This document shows positions 1 through 10,946 of a DNA stretch of 58,146 bases, in pieces (the stretch's first letter is position 1; every line of letters starts with the position of its first letter). Below the pieces are notes generated by a model that worked only from the letters and a program-made list of their open reading frames with translations, was not told where the DNA came from and ran no database searches. The stretch is from Rhizaria sp. SCN 62-66 (lineage: Eukaryota), in contig MEDY01000078.1 of the NCBI GenBank assembly GCA_001724265.1, positions 124,001 through 182,146 on the forward strand, written 5' to 3'. Made by a program: the position numbers and the translations under genes.

Positions 1-2
1 CC

Positions 3-3000
3 GCGCGCTTCGCCGACTCGGCGACGCCCGCGCTGTGGTACCAGTCATCGCACTGGGTCGAGCCGACGCTGGCGGAGCTGCTGGCACCCGCTTTGGCGCC
101 CAAGCTGCCGCTGCCGCTGCCCACCGCCGCTGCGAGCTCAAGCGCAGTCACGAGCTCGAGCGCGCTCAACGCCGGCTCTGGCTCTAGCTCTAGCTCTAGC
201 TCTAGCTCGACTGCAAGTGCGGGTGCAAGTGCGCATAGCAACAACAACAACAACAGCAGCAGCGGTTTCGACGCCGTCGTGGTGGTTGAGCTGCACGGCC
301 CCGTCCGCTTCGCTGGCGACGGGCCCCTGCCGTGCCTCGAGACGGCCTCGCTGCGCGGTCTGGCCGCCAAGCTCGACGCACTCGCAGGCGGCAGCGGCAG
401 CAGCGGCAGCGGCAGCAGCAGCAGCGGCAGCGGCAGCAGCGGCAGCGGCAGCAGCAATGGCAGTGGCGGCGGCAGCGGCGCGGGCGTGCATGCAGATGAG
501 AGTGATAACGATGACTACTACGGGTGGACGTCCGACTCCGAGAGCGGCTCGGAGAGCTCAGGCTCGGAGGCCGAGGACTCAGATGCGGACGCAGAGGCTG
601 AGGCTGAGGCTGATGAGGCCGATGCTGTGTCGACTGAGAATCCTGAAGAGGCCGAGGAGGATTCATCCGAGTCTGCGAAGTCTAAGGGGGTACTTAGCAA
701 GTCTAAGGGGGCCGGTGCGGTGTTGTTGGGCTGGGACGAAGTAGCTGGCGGGCCGATCATGGGGGATCTAAGTGGCCCCTCGAAGGATCTGAGTGTCACC
801 GAGCGTGACGGCCACGACTCTGATCACACCCAGACGCAGTCTCAGAACAACGCTGCCGCTGCCACTGCAGCTTCAGCTGATGATAAGGCTGCAGCTGCGG
901 TCACGAGCGACTCTGGCGCTGACGCCGCCAACATCAACGTTACGGTGAACCTCTCTTTCTCGAAGCCTTTGTCGCCGCGCCGCCGCCGCCGCCGCCACAT
1001 GCGCTGGGCCGTTGCCGCCGTGGAGGCCGCCGCCGCCACGGCCACCGCACACGACCTCCTCATCAACAACAACAACGACACCAATAGTACCCACGCAGCT
1101 GACTGCAGTGGCCATGACCGTGGGCAGAGTGACCGTGGGCAGAATGACCGGAAGTGCAAGTGCAACTGCGACTCGTCCCCCTCGCCCGTGCCGTACCCCT
1201 GGGCGCCGCCGGTGCCGGCGCTGTTGCCGCCGCGTGCGCTGCCGCCGCTGTCCTCGCTGTCGTCCTTGCTGTTGACGGCGACGACGCAGCCGCACGCGCG
1301 CTCGCTGCGGCGCGCTTTCCCGCTGCGCTGGGACTGCTTGACGTGCCGGCTGCCGTGGCTCTGTCAGGGCTGCGCCGATGGCTGCCACCGCGGCCACGAT
1401 AAGGTCCTTGTCGGCTCGGAGGCCGCCGTCGCGCCCAGGGGGCTCGTGCCCGCAGCGGTGCTCGGCAGCGCCGGTCACACGGCGGGCCAGTCCAGTGTTG
1501 GCAGCAGCAGCAGCAGCAGCAGCAGCACTGACGAGTCGTCTTCGTCTAAGGGGTACTTAGACAGCTTCCCCCCGCGCGTGTTCGCCGAGGCGCGCGCCTG
1601 CGGCTCCTTCCTGGCCGCCGTGGCCGCACATAAGGGCCGCGCACTGCTCGCGGCCGCCGAGCAGGCCATCGCGGCCAAGGATTTCCACGCCATCGAAGAC
1701 AAGTCACAGGCGCAGGTTCAGAGCGCGGGGCGGCTTGACTTCACTGCACTCGAGGCACTGTGCCCCTTCGAGCCCCTGATCTCCAGCGACAGCAACCACG
1801 CCACCACCAACGCCGCCGTGAACAGCGTCAACTACGGCGGCGGCGGCGGGGCCACCTCGCTGTCGCCGCCGTCGTCGCTTGCGTCGCCCCCGTCCCTCTC
1901 CAACAGCAGCAGCGGCGGCAGCAGCAGCGGTCAGGGGCAAGCGGGCAGTGGCGACCGCGGCAGCGGCAGCCGGTCTGGCAACGCGCCGACCTTCACGCCC
2001 GAGTCTTCCCCAGTCCGCTCCGGTCCCCACGGCAGTCCCCGCAGCACCGCTCGCAGTAGCTCTGCTAGCGGCTGCTCTGTTGGCGGCGGCTCTGGTAGCG
2101 GCAGCTCTGCGGGCAGCGGCGGATCCGGCGCCGGCGGCAACGCAGCAGCAGCGTCGTCGTCGTCGTCGTCGTCGTCTTCGCTATCGTCCCGCTCTGCAAC
2201 AACTACCGCGAGTACTGCGACGACGAATGCGAGCGCGGCTGCGGCAGCAGCAGCGAGTGCGTTGGACATGCTGGACTCGTTCATCCCAGTGCCGCGCTGC
2301 TGCTGTGCGCTCGCCCCGGGCGGCTGCTCGCGTGGCCCCTACCGCCCCTCTCCCAGCGCTCAGAGCACGCAGAACGCTTACGCTGTCAGCGATGAGAGCC
2401 ACGGGCGCACGCAATCAAAGGGCTCCAAGGGATCTTCTAAGGGCTCGAAGGGGAAGAAGAACGTTGCTGCTGCTGCTGCTCTTGCGGCCGGCGCGTTCCC
2501 CCATAGTAGCGACGCGGGGGCTCCCCAGGAGCACCCAGCGCTGTTGGTGGCGCGCGTCACGGCCAGGCGCGCGCAGGCCTCGCAGCAGCGCGAGCAGCAG
2601 CTGCAGCAGCAGCGGCAGCAGCAGGCCGCGGCTGCGGCGGCGCAGGAGCGGCTGCGGCAGCAACAGCAGCGGCTGTCGGCCGCGTCGAACGGCCAACCTG
2701 GGGGCTTGGGACTGGGCGCGGCGGGCCGTACGGGCTCTTCCACCTCTACTGGCACTGGCGCAGGCGCTGGCACAGGTGCGAATGCCGGTATGATGACGAT
2801 TATCGGTCCTCGGGGCGCGATGGTCATCTCGCCGAGGCACTCGCACCACTCTAGCAACGCGGCCGCATCCAACGCCGCCGCTGCTGCTGCTGCGGCGGCG
2901 GCGGCGACACAGCAACAGCCGCCGCAGCAGCCGTTGTACCAGCAGCCAAGCAAGAAGGGCGCAACAGTGGTGACATTCTCGCAGCCGCAGCCGGTGGGGC

Positions 3001-3245
3001 AGCCCCCGCCGTCTATCGCGCAGCAGCAGCAACAGTTGCAGCAGCAGCAACTGCAACAACAGCAGCAGCAGCAGCATGCGGTCGCGGTGTCTGTGACCAG
3101 CGGTGCCGTCGGCGTCGGCGTCATTGGTCCCCGGGCGCGCGCCCCCTCGGGCTCTGGCTCTGCGTCTGCAACTCTGCCAGTCGCGGCGCCGGCCTCGCAG
3201 CTGCAGCAACAGCAGATCGTACTGCAACAGCAGCAACATCAGTAT

Positions 3246-3284
<39 letters not shown>

Positions 3285-3494
3285 TATCCTCACCCGATGC
3301 ACCCGCAGCCTCAGCCTCAGCTGCAGCCGGTGACCGTGAGCAGCGAAGATCGAGACCGTGCGCACTCGGAGCTCTACGACATGGGCTTCGTTGACTGCAC
3401 GCTTAACGAAAAAGTGCTGCGCGCCGTCAACTGGGACGTGCAGATGGCCGTGGGCGCGCTACTCGACCAAGCACCCGGCAGTCCTGCGCAGTAA
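3..3494 (+). CDS. Large low-complexity protein with a split UBR-box-like zinc finger and a C-terminal UBA domain (5' partial)
   Basis: Frame is open from base 3, so the start lies upstream of the window; ends at TAA 3492-3494. WDCLTC..LCQGCADGCHRGH (~1329-1400) plus RCCC....GGC (~2295-2327) resemble a UBR box. LYDMGFVDCTLNEKVLRAVNWDVQMAVGALL is a UBA (MGF motif). Poly-S/G/A/Q tracts in between. Confidence 0.75.
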
Positions 3495-3673
3495 AGCCCT
3501 GCGCAGTCAGGCCCTGCGCAGTAACTAAACGAACCCAAAGAAACATTCGTTCTTGTGATCTTAGCACTATCCAGCGCGGGGCTGCATGGATTGAAGAAAT
3601 CACAGAGTATTATTGTAAATATGTATTATACTAGTCGTTTATCGCTATAAGCTTGTAAACAAAATACAAATGT

Positions 3674-3745
3674 ATTGGTTACAGTTATGACACACAGACA
3701 CTGTCGCTGATTGGTTACAGTTATGACACACAGACACTGTCGCTG
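3674..3745. repeat. Exact 36-bp tandem duplication (2 copies)
   Basis: attggttacagttatgacacacagacactgtcgctg at 3674-3709 and 3710-3745. Confidence 0.95.
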
Positions 3746-3901
3746 CTCCAGCGGTGTGTCCCATCGATGCGTGTGATTCTCAGATAAACGCAGCGGACTA
3801 CAAACAATCATATCGGAGCTGCTAGATATTTATTCAAGGTAAAACCTCAGAAAAAGGCTCAAATTCTATCTACTATATATATACCCATTTTTCCAATGCA
3901 A

Positions 3902-5317
3902 TCAATTTGAAGTGACGCCATTGTTAGACTGTAGCTGCAGAGGTGGAGGGGGCACTGTGAACCAGGGTTTTGTAACGGTAATATTATGCCGTACAAACTG
4001 GAGACGCTCAGATGCATGAAACGTTGCCACACGGTTTTTCTCATTGGAAGTCAGCGGCGGATTGGACACATAATTGCCACGTTCATTGATGTAGTCAACG
4101 TCGTGAAACACAATGTAGTCATAGGCCCACTCTGCTGCCACCCGCACGCCAATGTTGAGCAAGTAGCCCTTGTTAAACAAGAGGTCGTTATTGCCCATCT
4201 CCACCACCAGCGTCGCATAGTCGCGTCCAGGCACTTTGCCAGCGGCGCGAAGGTGCGTGTCAAGAGCCTTCGTCAGCTGCAGCATGTGCTCTGCGCGCTC
4301 GCGCTTCGCGACATGCAGGAACTCGCGGTACGGAATCAGGATGAGCATCTTGCCGCTGCGCGCCTGTGACCGCGGACTGTTGCGGTGTGCCGCGACAACA
4401 TCGGGGTGCAGCGGGGACGTCATGCTCGCCCACGCAGGCAGATCCAAATCAGCCAAAGTCAAACTGCCCTTTTGCCGCTGCAGCCATGGTGCTTTTGTGA
4501 ACTCGACAACTGCGTTCGCAAGTGCTTCGGCGGCAAGCGGTGTCAAAGATGTCGTGTGGCTCATGCTGCTACAGTAACGTATTGCGTTGCCGACGCGGGA
4601 CGATGCTTGCTGTGAGACAGGTGTCGCCTGTTCTGAAGACGGCTGGTCGGGCATCTGGAGTGGCGCAGGCGTCTCGCTCTTCACGACTGAGGGCGGCTGC
4701 TCGGGCGTCGTAAATGGCGCGGGGGCCTCACTAACCACGACCGATGGCGGGTCAACCGTCGGCTATGGGGGCGGGTCCGTGTTTGAGACATGGGTCGTGG
4801 TGTCAGAGTTGGCAACTCGAGGTGTCTCGTCAGCTCGAGGTGTCTCGATGGAGGGGCACTGGACGGGCGCGGTGGTGGGAGTTTCCAAAGTCAAGTCGGC
4901 ATTCTCTGTTGCGGGTCGCTGCTGTATGCTTGAGTCAAGCTTGCTGTCAGTCGCGCTGGTCGCGCTGCGGACCTGTGGCAGGTAGCGGCGGTGAACGGCT
5001 CGGCGGAGTCTGAGGCCGAAGTGTTCGAGCAGAGCGGCATGCTGAGCCGGGGACGCAGGAGGCTGCAAGAGATCAGAATGTCGGCCGCGGCGCTATGACT
5101 GCGTCCAGGATAACGCAATGTTGGTTGAGAACGCGTCATAATGGCTTGATGTGGGTCGCGAGTGTAGAGAAACGCTGTCTGGAATGTAAGGTCTCTCCTA
5201 GGCGGTTGGTCCTCCCCCCAGAAACCCGAATAGCATCACGACATACAGTATGAGGAAGATGCTGATAAGTGATATTCTTACCCAACTTGTATGCGATCTA
5301 TCAAAGTAGTCGGTCAT
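3902..5317 (-). CDS. Glycosyltransferase family 7 (beta-1,4-galactosyltransferase-like) type II membrane protein; three in-frame TAG codons; C-terminal half not found (possible pseudogene)
   Basis: One frame from ATG 5317 gives a signal anchor (WVRISLISIFLILYVVMLFGFLGGG), a P/S/T-rich stem, then ILIPYR, FNKGYLLNIG and YDYIVFHDVD (DxD). TAG at 5198-5200, 5093-5095 and 4763-4765; first TGA at 3902-3904. No WGxEDDD motif seen downstream. Confidence 0.65.
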
Positions 5318-5867
5318 TGGGTCTCCAGGGCTGTGATAAAACAATGAAAGGCATATCGTAATGCCGTGGTGCAAGATTCTGTGTCAACAGAGCATGATTC
5401 TCCTCAAATAACGAGCCAAATACGTTTCAAGATAGACCGGGGACATACAATGATTGTCAATAAACTATACAATGTAAGATAACATAGCAAAATAATTGTA
5501 TCACACTCAACGATATGCTTAAGCCGGGAGAGCTTTCAAATGTCATCCATATCTGGGTGGACGCATCGCAAGCGGAGACATTATTTTTTTTTGGAGGTTT
5601 TTTTTTTTTTTTTACATTGGGCTCGGCGAGTTGAACGTTCAACGAAATGCAAATATTATCACACGAGCCGAGTTGACTCAACTTGAAATTTTCAAATATA
5701 ATTTAGCAGATAGTAAATTAGGGGGCATCTCGGTCATTATTTTATTTATACCCCGATTTTACTATCTGCTATATTTGTTTACTTATAACATAACCCATCT
5801 GTCATCATTTTTCCTGACGTCTATCTTGTACTGTACATAATGTACATATCTAGTATCATGAACGGGC

Positions 5868-6612
5868 GTGCATGCAGAGCCTGGAGCGAGTCGCGATGCC
5901 ATTATTGCAAAGATTCGAGACGAGATCGACATCTTGTTCTCGACGACCACGTTTTTGTTCTGCTTGCGTCGCGCTCACATTCGCTTTGGCAAGCCAGCTG
6001 TGCATATCGACATCTCGCAGGTCAGCATCGACACCCATCTTGCCTGGGCCGTGCCTAACCTCGGGCGCGATCTCAGCAACGTTGTCTACAGCGACGAAAA
6101 GATCTTCATCGCTGGTGATCGTGATAACAAGATTTACTACGAGCTTCACCACCGCCTGCTTATCTTCGCCAACCGCTGGTTAGCCAGGATCCACATCTGG
6201 TGGGCCATTTTCAAGTGCGCGCGCCTCGAACCTTTTGTCATCAAAGGACGCCTCAACTCCGAGAGTTTCTAAGAGGTGCTTGCTAAAAGCCTGCTGTCGA
6301 GTATCCGCGACGACCAGATTTTCCAGTGAGACAACGCACCGGTCCACGTGCCTTGTTATACCCTTGAATTTCTTGCTCGGAACGACGTTCTTCTGCTCGA
6401 GGACTGGCTGGCGCAGTCCCCTGACCCTGAACCCGACTGAGCATGCCTGGGCTCAAGCGCAGAAGCTCGTTGTTGAGCGCAACCCTGCTAAAGCAGCAGA
6501 GCTTAAGGCCACTGTTCTGAACGTTCTTCGCACGTTCCCTCAGGACAGCATCAACAGGCTCATTGACAGCGTGCCAAACAGGCTGCAAAAGGTTATCGAA
6601 AAGCAGGGTCGT
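5868..6612 (+). mobile_element. Degenerate Tc1/IS630-superfamily DDE transposase remnant
   Basis: VVYSDEKIF (D1), FQ*DNAPVH (D2), SPD/LNPTEHAW (E) and the C-terminal INRLIDSVPNRLQKVIEKQG. Disrupted by TAA 6270-6272, TGA 6327-6329 and a +1 frameshift near 6426. No clear terminal inverted repeats identified. Confidence 0.85.
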
Positions 6613-7109
6613 TTTTTTTTTTGTTTAAGCGCACTATTAAAAATACATTCGCATTTTAAGACATCATACTATGTTGAGCTTACACATATAAGTTTTGATT
6701 TTTATTGACCCCTTTCTTCAACTTATGTTTAAAAAGAAACGTTCAGCGTTCAGGCAATAGCAGAGGCACGCTTGTGTCCGCCCGTGCGCGTAGTACTCAG
6801 CTGCCGCAGTGCGTCAGTCTTGCGTCTTGCGAGAGACCTCTGCACGCGCAGCCATGCGTCTTTACTACAAATGGAGTCACGTATCATTTTTACACAGACT
6901 TGAGATCAGTGCAAGACCTGCGGCAAACAACAGCTATCTGACTATCATTGCGTTGCACTATCTGATTTGGAAGTCGCGTTTGCGTTATCGTCGCATGATG
7001 TTCTTCACCATCACCGCCCAGCACTTTATCAGTTACATTATACACTGTACATTCAAGTTATAAGTTACTTGTGACGCCAGCCCATCGCTCATTCTCGAAG
7101 TTTGCGCGT

Positions 7110-9266
7110 TTAGTGCTTCTCGTACACGCGGTTGCCACTCGCAGTCTCGTAGTACACGCCGCCGCGTGGCCCGATGAAGAGCTCGCGCCCGTTGGCGGAA
7201 CCCGTGCTTACGTGCACTTGGCCAGACGGGATGCCTCCATGCGTGTTGTAGCTCGTGCCAGAGCTGTAGCCAGAGCTGGAGCTGGTGCCTGTGCTGGAGC
7301 TATAGCTGGAGCTGGAGCACGGCGTGTAGCTAGCACGGGGAGTGTAGCTCGAGCTCGAAGTACGCACTGAGGGTGCGGCGGGAGGACTGTAGCTGCGGCT
7401 GTAACTTGGTTGCGGCGCATAACTGTAGCTGTCGTTGCCGCCACCGCCGCCGCCGCCGCTGTCATCACTGTCGTAGATGATGCTCGGGTAGCTGCTGCGC
7501 TGCTGCTGCGGCTGCTTGGTTTGCTGCTGACCGCGGCTGTGCAGCTTTTTCTCTGCGTCCTTCAGGGCAGCACGCAGCTTTTCCGCGTCCGCAAGCGCCT
7601 CTTTGGCAATCGCTAGCGCCGCCGCGGCCTGCTCTTGTGCTTCTCCCGTCCCCTGCTTTGCCGTCGCGCTGCGCTTGCTCGCCGCGGCCGCGCTCTCGGC
7701 GGAGGCAATGCGCGCCCGCGAGGCAAGAGACAGCGAAGACAACGACTGCTGCATCTGCGACAGCGACGGCGCCGCCGACGCGGCGTTCTTGAGAGCCTTC
7801 GCGCGGGCCTTGGCCTTGGCCAGCTCCATGTTCTGCGCGACGTCGAGCCGGACGGCGCGTGCGTGCTTGTTGCGGCGCGCCGCCAGAGCCTAAACGATGC
7901 GCTTCGTCTCGTTCGGCTCCAGTAAGCAGCCCGACTCGACCGTGGAGTAACGGTCAGAAATCCTGAGAAATTCATGCGTAGAGCAAAAGCAGAAACAAGC
8001 TCAGGTATATAAACTGTTCAATAGCTGACTCAGCAAGTCTAGCAAATCAGCTGAACGTGTTGTTCAAGGCACGAATGCGTACCTTTTGAGGAGACCGGCG
8101 ACCTCGCTCATCGTGGGCCGCTGCTCCTGCGCGCGCGCGAAGCATCGATGCACGAGCTCCACCAGTTCTTCCGGGCAGCCGCTGCTCGGCGGCCGTCCGG
8201 GACGGCTTCGCCATAGCTTGCAGCTTTTGGCCGAGCTCGATGTCACGATGTTGTCGAGACCGACATCGGGCCTCGACACCGCGGCAGGGGCATCGGAAGT
8301 ACTCCCGCGTGTTCCACCACGAGAACTCCCTTCACGCGTTCCGGCGGACGCGGGACTCTCGTGGCGACAAATATACTCGCGCAGCATGTCCGCGTTGGGG
8401 AAGTCTTTGCCCGCAAAGGGCGTGTCGTAGGTGATGAGCTCGACGGCGACGCAGCCGAAGCCCCACGTGTCGGTCTTGTCCGAGCAAGCGTCGCCGCCGC
8501 GGAACGCCTCGGGCGCCATCCAGGCCACGGTGCCAACGGCGCTACTCTTGCGCGAGCTTGTGCGCGACACCGAGCTCGACGTCTTTGTCGCGGCGAGACC
8601 GAAGTCGCAGAGCTTAGGTGTGAGGCTGCGGTCGACGAGTACGTTGGCGGCCTTGAGGTCGCGGTGGATGACGTGCTGGCCGTGCAGGTACGCCACACCG
8701 TTCGCGATCTGGGTCAGAATCATAATGCGCGTGCCCCACGGCAACGGGGACAGCGCTATAGAGCTGGCCGTGGCAGCAGTGTTGTCTTTGCTGTCGTTGT
8801 CTTTGCCGTCTTCGTCGTCGTCGTCATCGTCGTCGCTGTCCCAGTCGCCGTTGCTGTGCTGGTTGGCGGGGTTTGTGACGGCGATGACATCGTAGAGCGA
8901 GCCCTCAAGCAACTCCATAAGGATCATGTTCTGGTTGACGGCCATGCACGCGCCCAGGGTCTTGACGACGTAGGGGTTGTTGAGACCGTAGATGAGGGAC
9001 ACCTCCTTGCAGAACTTGGTTTTGGCCGAGTCGACGAGGTAGTGGATGTTGATTGCGTGCTTGGCTGCAATACGCATAGGGCCGTTGCTAACCGCGCTCG
9101 TCGTCTTGCTGGTCTTTCCCGTCTTGATGGTGTCGTTTTCGTCGTCGGGCGCGGGGTCGAGGGTGGACTCGAAGACGACGGCGAAGCCGCCCTCGCCGAT
9201 CTGCCGCAGGTGCGTCACGCGTGTCGGGTCGATGCGCCACGGGTAGACATCCTTTGCGTGGGACAT
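7110..9266 (-). CDS. TKL-group protein kinase with a coiled coil, an S/Y-rich tract and a C-terminal PBCV-basic-adaptor-like motif; 2 exons (9266-8083, 7962-7110), one in-frame TAG
   Basis: GEGGFAVV, IAAK, HRDLKAANVL, DFG, GTVAWMAPE and DTWGFG. Intron 8082-7963 (GTACGC...TTTCTCAG) joins in frame to the 7110-7829 ORF through TAG 7890-7892. Ends GRELFIGPRGGVYYETASGNRVYEKH-TAA. The kinase domain is certain; the exon 2 join depends on TAG being read. Confidence 0.8.
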
Positions 9267-9971
9267 AAGGACTGGGGAACAAAAATAATAGATATACCTT
9301 TGTTATGCAACAAGTGCGAGGGTATAAGAGCGACAGAGAGACTTAGATCTGACTTGATGGTGAAAAAAGGGGATCGTGTTAAAAAACTTGAGCGAATCCA
9401 GAATAAAGCTGTAATATAAGTTGGATGTACTTAAAGAGAGGTAGATTTTTTTTTGTAAAACATTGAACGTATAATAATACATCACAGTTTCACATTTTTA
9501 CAGCCAATACTTATGATGTATCATGATTGAACGTGAAATTCAGCATTATTGGAATCCAAACAAATTGCTTGTCACTTGCCTTGCTTGTCACTTGCCTGAA
9601 CCTTGACATTGCCCGCACAACATGTGAGGTACAATGCAATAAGAAACCGATACGTATTTAAGACCCATCAAGATGTGTCAAGTTGATGATAGATTGATTG
9701 TCCAACAGCGCGGGGGTACGACTGCACGTGGTGACGTAGCGAATAAATTGTAGGATTGTGTATATTAGCGTAGTCAAACGTACACGTGCATCACCTAAAG
9801 ACGTACAAAACTGGGTTCACTTCAATATCATAGAAGCTTAGCATGCCGGCTACAACAACGCGATGTTACAGCCACAATCGCTTTCAGTGAGCGGAAACGC
9901 CTCTATCTGTAGCAGCAGCACTCAGTCAGAAGAGATCTGCACCGCTGCCGCTGCAGCCACTTCGGCCGCAG

Positions 9972-10946
9972 TCACGTCTCCGTCGGCGGCAGGGGCAGCC
10001 TGAAGTAGAAGACGTGCGACCCGATCTGCACGCGCGTCATGTCTGCAAGCCGCACGCTCTTGCCGCTGCCCACGCGCCGCCCGTCGACGAGGACAAATCC
10101 GCGCGGGGCGAGACACGTGCACAGCCAAGCACCGACAGCGCCGCCTGCGCTGGCGCTGGCGCTGGCATTGGCAGGGGCATTAGAAATGGCCTCACTGGTT
10201 TCCTCGCCAGTGCCAGAGCCGGCACGAGCATCAGGGTTAGAGCTCCACTAGATGCGCGCGTGCGTGGGCCAAACAACGTCGCTCACGCTCTCTGTAACAA
10301 CCTTTCCGGTCGATTTGTCCCCACGACGCGTAGGCGCAGGCTTAGTACCGCTGCTGCCGCTGCTGGCCATCGCGTCGAGAGGCAGGAAGTTCGGCAGCTG
10401 GTGCGCGCTTTTGCCTTTGCCGGTGCTGCTCGGGCCGGTCAAATTGCACACGCGGCCAATGATGATGCGAGATGCCAGCAGATACACGTCTTTGTCTTCG
10501 AAGCAGAGCCGCGCGTAAGCCGGCAGCGGCGGCAGACTCGCTGGCCGACTCCCGTCGCCGCTAAAGCTGTTGGGCAAGGACTTTGCGGGCGTCTAAACGT
10601 GGAACTCCACGAGCTCGTTGAGAAGTGTCTGCGGGATGTCTAAGTAGTACTTAGATGACGCCGCCGTGCTGTTGCGGCAGTACACTGCGCCGGTGGCGAG
10701 GGCTGCCACCCAGGCCTGGGGCAAGGTCGTGAATGTGATCGGCTGGACACTCAACGCAACAGGGCCAGTACTGGCACTTGGAGCAACTCCGGAGCTATAG
10801 CTCAGCGTTCCTGCGGTGCCAGGGACGGCGGCAGGGACAGAGGCCACATTTGATGCGACAGCTGTTGATGCAAGTGGCAAGTGTGTCGCACCAACCATTG
10901 ACGGCTGATTTGACGATGACGGAAACGCAAAGGGATCGCAAAACAT
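9972..10946 (-). CDS. FHA-domain protein (Fkh/FOXK/Fhl1-type FHA); two in-frame TAG codons
   Basis: One frame from ATG 10946 (or 10898) to TGA 9972-9974 gives AYARLCFEDKDVYLLASRIIIGR ... HARI*W ... WLCTCLAPRGFVLVDG ... VRLADMTRVQIGSHVFYFRLP. TAG at 10593-10595 and 10248-10250. The supplied ORF track splits this gene and misses the last part. Confidence 0.7.

Noticed and set aside
3674-3745. 36-bp repeat as a CRISPR array
   Set aside because: Two directly abutting copies, no spacer, no cas genes, eukaryotic context.
4763-10595. Explaining the six in-frame TAGs as 3' ends of tiny introns
   Set aside because: No GTACG-type donor or pyrimidine tract precedes them. Splicing the kinase donor to TAG 7890 gives the wrong frame, and an intron ending at TAG 10248 would remove the conserved FHA HARI strand. 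An 18-nt GT..TAG at 10593-10610 is formally possible but unsupported.
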